Shown piece by piece: positions 57,101-64,000 of a DNA stretch of 64,000 nt. A program made the translations under genes and the position numbers. Source of the stretch: Tubulanus polymorphus (Eukaryota; Animalia; Nemertea); assembly GCF_964204645.1 (NCBI RefSeq), contig NC_134025.1, forward strand, positions 5,084,001 through 5,148,000, written 5' to 3'. How positions within the stretch are numbered: the stretch's first letter is position 1; each line of letters starts with the position of its first letter. The notes beneath the pieces were generated by a model, which was not told the origin of the DNA, searched no databases, and saw only the letters and a program-made list of their open reading frames with translations.

Positions 57101-60100
57101 TCCACGTAGAAGTTCATGATACTTATTTTGAAAATTCAAGCAATTGCACAATGGAGACCAAACATCTTAGTTTAGAGTTAAGAGATTTGAAGCAAGTACT
57201 GTATTTTGAGAAGTGACTGGGTTAAAAAAGCTAGGTAGGACTTTCAACAAGAAAGCTTTAAGTAAAATACTGATTCATTTTTATGGACTATTATATATAA
57301 GAACACAAAATAAAGAAATTCTTTAAATTGTTTTTAAAATTGAAAAATAAAGTGGTTAAAATGGCTAATCAACAAGCGCAGGTTATATATGAATGGTCTA
57401 AAAACAGTCAACGGTTTTATCAACTGTAATTACTTATTGATTGATCCCCTTGGTCTGTATCTCTGTATGAGAAGCTGATCGTAACTGTAAATTACCAAAA
57501 CCCAAAAATTCGAATTGCAAATACATTTGTTCATATGAGAAAAAAAAACAAAATCATTAATCGATGCTGGCAAGATCTTATAGAAATAACTACAACCATT
57601 TCAAACTATTATCGAAATATCGAAGCTTTCAAGCTTATGAAGAAACCTGTAGTATTTCATTGAGTGGAAAATACTTTGCTACTTAGTTGCTAGATAGTTC
57701 AAGGGTAGGATATAATTATTACTGGAAACAGGTTCTTTCAAGACCACCCACATAAGTAGGAAATTATTAGTACAAAAATTTCTTTTTCAAATCCAAAATG
57801 AGTCATAGTGGTAGAATGGCGAATTATAGAAGCAATATTTGGGTCACTTCGAGAAAACATACCATATTAAGCAATATCCGCGCGCTAATCCCGTACCTAT
57901 AAACTTGTCCGGTTTAAAGTGTACATGATACTGAAAGCCATTAGTATCAGTCATCGGGAATCATGAATTCGTGATACTGGTTTACAATAAAACTTATCTA
58001 CTGACAGTAGTATATTAGACCCATATATCGCCCCTTATCCTATCTACCTCGTAGCATAGCAATTTCACAAAGTCCAACATTATTACGTAATTTTGTTGAA
58101 TAATCGGCACATCTTGACGTAGATGTTCAATCACAAGTCACTCAGGTCAACATTTGTTTCAAGGATTAACAGGACCGAGCGAATTACACAGAAGCATGCA
58201 TACTTGTATCATGTCAGGCTGCATTTTAAGAAGGTATGTCCACATAATTCAGAATTTTATATATACATATATATCAACAGAGATATATTGTGCTTATCAG
58301 CTTTTTGACAAGAATGCATACTTATATAGATCAATACAACAGGCAATGTATCTTAGCGGGCAAAGAATTCTCAAACAAGCTGTATCGAATATGATTGGTA
58401 GTATAAGTGATGAATATGCTTACTCTTTCACTCTCTGAGGGATTGGTAACTGTTCAAAATGCATGTGCTCTTGTAACTCGAATAGATAGTTTACGTACAT
58501 TATCTTCCGGCCAAATTTGACACTGAAAAATTGCAAACAAAATTTACTAATGCGGTTTTATGGAAACCGAAAAATAAGAGTTCTATTCACAGTAGCTTCT
58601 CTTACCTGATTAGAGGCTTAAACAGACCCCATAGAAATTTTATAAAATTTGTGGGATGGACTAGATATAACGCCTTCAAATTTTTCTTGTACCTGAATAA
58701 TCGAAGTGAAACCAGTTTCAGACATCGACATCCTGACAAAACTCAATTTTCAACAGAAATAATACAGTAACATTTGAGGTGTTCGTCTTTTGGAAACTCT
58801 ATTCAAAGATTACTTAGTTTAGTGCACATAATACCTCGACACATCCAGAACATAAACAGACTTGATCATTCAGGAATAGCGGTACTCACTTGCGATCAAA
58901 TTCCCTATATGCCTCCCGTAACCAGCCAAAAGACGGCTTATTTTTACTGTTGAGACCAAAATGAAAATAGACCAGTGTGTAGTCATTTTCCACGTACTGG
59001 TCCAGAGTATGTTTAAGATATCTATAAGAAAAAATCCATAAATTCAAAAGCTAATCAGAAACAATAATCAAATGATGGCAATATGTTCAGATTAACACTT
59101 ACTTGAGAAGTCTTTTGTGATCCAGGTCTTTACTGGGCGGCAAACGACACGCGGAAAATACTATAACCTTCCGACCATAATGATCATCACCTGTTCAAAG
59201 CCACAGTTCGCAAATATAAGACAAAGCTCAAAGGAATGTCCTATGCAGTTTGGGGATGTATTTGTTACCTGCTACTTGCACTATTCCTAAACGAGCAATA
59301 TCAGCGAATCCACCATCAATGTCATTTGCAACCTCCTGTAAAACCGCATTTCAGAAATGAATAATCTCCATAATTGATCTAGAGACAAGACTTTCATGAA
59401 ATCACGAAACTCACCTGTGAGGGAGAACCTAATTCTTCCTCGAAATCTTCATCGATCAACCCATCTGGAGTTATCGCTCCACTTCGAAAAGGTCCTTTAT
59501 CACCACCCTCTTGACGCAATTCTGAAAGAATCAAATGAAATCTATGTACAAGATCGGCAGGAAAACCCAATTTCAAGCGCTTTTTGGTGGTCAAATACAT
59601 TGATTAGTGGAAGACCAAAACTAAACCATAGAAATTAACTACTTAGCAGTAAAGAATAATAAAATCCAATAGGATATGATTTTGAGAGTAGTAACCCTAC
59701 GTAAACTAGCATTATTCCAAAGTTTTATTCTAGCATAATATGATCCAAATTATATGGGTAAAAAGACAATTAGCCTCATCGCAACACTTTTACCATGTGC
59801 ATTGGTAAATATGGTCAGATTTCAAATTTACAACTAGCGTTGTGCAGTTATTAGAAGTTAAACAGTTTAGAAGTATGCAACCACAAAGGCGAGAAAGAAT
59901 ACTGTTATTTCAGTGAAATCGAAACAGGATGCTCCCATGACGAAAGTGAATGTTAACAAAATATCACTTTGAAGCAGTATAAGAGCAGAATATCAAATTA
60001 TGAGGACTTCCATTCTAATGTAAATTATATTTGGTGTTAAAGTGTGATGGTAGTATATTTTCCTCCATGCTAATGCTGCATGCACTTCTTCATGCATTAC

Positions 60101-63100
60101 ACGTTATTACTATAATAATCTATCTATGATGTACAGCATTAGAATTAAAGAAAAGGAAAGTTGTTGTATATGTGAAGAAAGAATGTTAACAGCTCAGCAC
60201 TTGATAGACCATGGACTTTCATTTTAGAGTCCATGGATAGACCAAGCGCATTCATTCTAGTAACTTTCAGAAGAGCATGTCTTGTTATGAATAATAATAT
60301 GCACATATGGTTAATCGTTAATGTGTGTTTTGATTGATGTGATTATAAATACACTTCTGACACCTATAAAGTAAAGCATTGCAAGATACGAAACAAAATA
60401 CCAAATTGTCCAGAACGACGATGAAACCCAACCAAAACTGGAACAGAAAGCCAAATTTACATCATGCACCGATAAACCTTATATTTAGTAAAAGTGAAGA
60501 TAGATTTACAGGAAAATAAAGAGGAGCAATTGAAACTGATGGAAGAGTAGATGAATATAAAGTGATAAAACAAAAATGCCAGTAGACACCTCCTTATTTT
60601 ATGCTGACCAACTTAGAATTTTCTTCAAATGATTGACATTACCATTATTGTTAAGATAATAAGAAACTACATAGCACAGAGTCTACTATAGTGACATGTC
60701 CATGTAGGAGAACAAAATGCATCACACAAATAATAATTTTTATATACGTTCATGTCTACCTACAGGTATGATGTGTTTTTACGATGGGAATAACTAAAAG
60801 GTTATCTATGTTTGTCTGGTTTTGCTATAGTGCGGGAATGAACTAAAGAAAGATGGGTGCTGAACACGTTCAAGGCAAACCTGGTGCTAAGTGAAACAAA
60901 TAGAGGTCATCCACTTATTAAATACATAGGCCCCCCTACAATTTCCTCAACTTTCCACTCCCTCCGAAAGAATAGAGGCCTATACAGGCTTATCTAATAA
61001 ATGGATGATCCCATAGAGATACAACACGCTGACAAAAAGCTCTGTTGGGATTCAGCCAAATATTTCTAATGATTGCCAAGTGTAAATCAAGTGGTTATAG
61101 ACAAAATACACTGCTCAAAAGCACAGTATCAGACACCAAACAGTAAAATCATTTCTATTAAACTAAGATATGTAACGTTAAGATAAACGTCAAATTCATT
61201 ATACAGTGTTGAATAGAATTTGAATGATGTTCTACATTTTAGTTTCAATAGAAATAAATTTTTCAAACGAATTTACGAGAAGAGCCGTTATGTACCAAAT
61301 GATCCTGAAGATGCAAAAATAAGAAAAATCATAACATACATTTGTATTCTTATGGTCTAGAAACTAAAAGGATTAACCTATAATCTACTTACAACAAAAA
61401 TCTAATGAAATTGAAAATTCTTAACTCAATACGGAACAGTAGGGTAATGAAATAGTAAAAGTATTTCAAATCTGATTTAGCGAACATTGATAAGAATCAT
61501 TTTCAAAGGGTCATCTCACAGTTTGTTTTCTTTTAAGAAATCATGTAGATAATGCAGCTTGAAGCAACTACAGCACAAAAGAGGACATACAACAATTCCT
61601 TTAAACCCAAAAGAACTGATGGAAAGAGAGCAAATTGTGAAGCATTAAGGGGAGTTAACTACTAAATCTGCAGTTTTAACCATCGGGGTGAGGGTGAAAT
61701 GTTGAAATTTTTATTGTATTTAGAGGTCCCACTAAATGCAAAATGATACCAAAGGCCAGTTAGTAGAAAAATATATCAATACACCCATGCTTAATCCCAT
61801 ATTCTTCTAAGATGGCCTCCAAAAAAATGCAGTTACAATTTCCTTTTAGGATGTTTTCAGGGACCAATATCTGACAACATGCGACATTAAATGTTTAACG
61901 GATGAAGATTATTTTCCAAACTGCTGACACCACAAAAAGAAAGCGCTTGCGCGTCTTTGTTAAAAAGTGCTAAGTACCTTCTTCATCTGCTTCCAGTTCT
62001 GCAACAAATATATACAAACTCATATTGAATGAAATAAACAACTCAAACATAGGAAACTACTGAATAGATAGATAGATAGAGATAGAATGATACGATTAGT
62101 TCTCATTTCATGCACTACACTAGCCTTTTAATAATGAATGATAGTATTGTGCAAGCGTATCATAAAAACACTATTCTTAAAGAACATTAATCAATGAATG
62201 CATTGAAAGCTGAACATGATTTCATGATTAGTCAAGAGACACCTATCAACTAGTAAATCATATTTTCTCATAATTGAGATTCCATCAATCATTTAACAAA
62301 AACTAAAACATCATTGAGCAACTAACAAAATAGCGTTTGAAGTGAAACAACTAGCTTACTACATACCCCTTTCAGCAGCCAACTCAAGACCAGTTTCATC
62401 AAATTCTAATTCAGGTTCTTCCATACCAGCTAACTCGGGCTCGAAATCACTGTCACCGTCAGACGAATCTAAAAATAATTTGATAGGTGTTCAATTGTTT
62501 GCAGTAGGCCTAAACCATTATTTTAGACTACATAGTCCATTCTTAGAATAATGTGTAAGTGTCCCGGTATGTCATTCAAGTCATTCGACAAAATTACAAA
62601 ACAGTTTTCATCATAGAAAGTGAATATTAAGTAAGAAATTTTGTCAAAGGTGATTTGAATTTCAAGATATGGAATTATTAGTACATGTATATGACTAGTA
62701 CCCGGTACTTATTATTCTCCCATGCCTATTATGTAGATCATGTGAATGGTAATATTAGGAAATACTTCCTGATTATAAATCAGCACCAGAATGCATTTAC
62801 AACACATAGCGATTCGAAACATACAGGTAGGGATGATCAAGAGATGAAAATATTAGTAGGCTATAATCAAACCAATTGTAGAAATTTGATTTATAGATAG
62901 AAAATGCTTCGATAAATTGTGATATTTGAAAAATTCATTATTGCATACCTTTAGGTACTTCAGGAATGTAACGTTCTTCTAAAAAAGAAAGGTAACAATG
63001 TGCGGTCGATAGAGTACAAAATTTCAACCAAATAAATCACACCCGATAAAGGGAGGCATCTATTGTAATTCTACTTGGACTCGAGAGAAGTTTTACATTC

Positions 63101-63164
63101 TGAGCTTACCGAGCCTTTCATCTGTACCATCATCAATAAGCGGATGTTCTTCATTTCCAGCCAT
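54197..63164 (-). CDS. ARHGAP1: Rho GTPase-activating protein of the ARHGAP1/ARHGAP8 type (acidic N-terminus, BCH/CRAL-TRIO domain, RhoGAP domain); includes 21-nt exon 61978-61998
   Basis: [82 protein letters not shown]; N-terminal exons and ATG at 63164 are less certain. Confidence 0.9.
55678..55778. mobile_element. ~100-bp MITE-like inverted repeat in an ARHGAP intron
   Basis: GGGCTTGTCACAGAAAT ... ATTTCTATGACAAGCCCC. Confidence 0.55.
57430..57484 (-). CDS. Candidate alternative terminal exon of ARHGAP ([17 protein letters not shown])
   Basis: TTACAG acceptor in the phase required by the donor at 58424; begins like the canonical next exon (D-YDQ versus D-HDV). Confidence 0.55.
60905..61011. 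mobile_element. Short MITE-like inverted repeat with GGTCATCC termini
   Basis: GGTCATCCACTTATTA ... TAATAAATGGATGATCC; termini resemble those of the element at 11432. Confidence 0.45.
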
Positions 63165-64000
63165 TTTTATTCAAAATCTTAGTGACTTTGATACAATGTT
63201 CTACTCATTCTACAAGCAATGAAAAGTGTCAGTGACAATAATAATCTTTCAGGACAAATCAGGAGTTTGCCAAATACGGGGTAGGCCTAGTCAAGCAAAA
63301 CTCAATAGATTTAGGCAATATACTTGCAGGGGTAGAGCCAGGGTTTCGTGACTTGTTGACAGATAGGGTGTTTGACTCACAACCAAGGAAGGGTTTCGAA
63401 CCCATTCAGTCAGGACATGTCAGTGTTCCAAATGTTGGAGCGACTGCAGTTTTTTGGTTTCCCTATGGTTATCTACCTAACCTTACCATATGACATGTCG
63501 GTATAACCCTAATCTACAACAACAGTCGCTACAAGCAGACCCTCTATCACTAGGCCTACTAAACACTAGCACCACACATCATCATGATGAGTGATATGAC
63601 ACGACCAACATATCATGGAGGAAAGATGATCAAATTAGCATTTAGATCCCCAAAGTTAGAGAGGTGGTTTAGTGATCCCCTCGGAACTCCAGTTAATCCA
63701 CCATTTCGTTTATTCCTTCGTCCAATATTTCATTGATCAATACTCGGAGTCGTTTTGCATTCCTTCCTTATTTTTCTTATCTATAAATAATCTATGTTAC
63801 ATGGTTACGTAGCCTATTTCCTTACCTCTGACTCGTCAAAAAATGATTCCTATTTAACTCACACCACTGACGATAAATAGCTTAAGCCGAAACAACAATA
63901 ACAGATTAAACGCAATAACTCAGTGAGAAATAGAATGAGAATTTTGCAGAGATTTTGCTGAAAATTAGTCAAAAAACAATTCCCACTTCCGGTATTGCTA

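Overview
AT-rich, intron-containing animal genomic DNA, probably a marine invertebrate; the taxon cannot be fixed from sequence alone. Left to right it contains two paralogous first coding exons of a THIK/KCNK13-type K2P channel (-), TMEM229B (+), SAMD15-like (-), an intronless iodothyronine deiodinase selenoprotein gene with in-frame UGA and a SECIS element (-), MYCBP with a U12-type intron (+), a TRPA1-family channel (-), NT5C2 (-) and ARHGAP1/8 (-). A 6.7-kb foldback-like DNA transposon with inverted 30-bp tandem arrays and a decayed UIM-OTU-PHD cargo gene sits just upstream of the NT5C2 coding region, and several MITEs are scattered through the window. The most striking theme is isoform diversification by exon duplication. 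The TRPA gene has three mutually exclusive ankyrin exons and two mutually exclusive pore+S6 exons, the K2P gene has two alternative M1-P1 exons, and ARHGAP has a candidate GAP-less terminal exon. All gene models were read by eye from splice signals and recalled protein similarity; no alignments were run.
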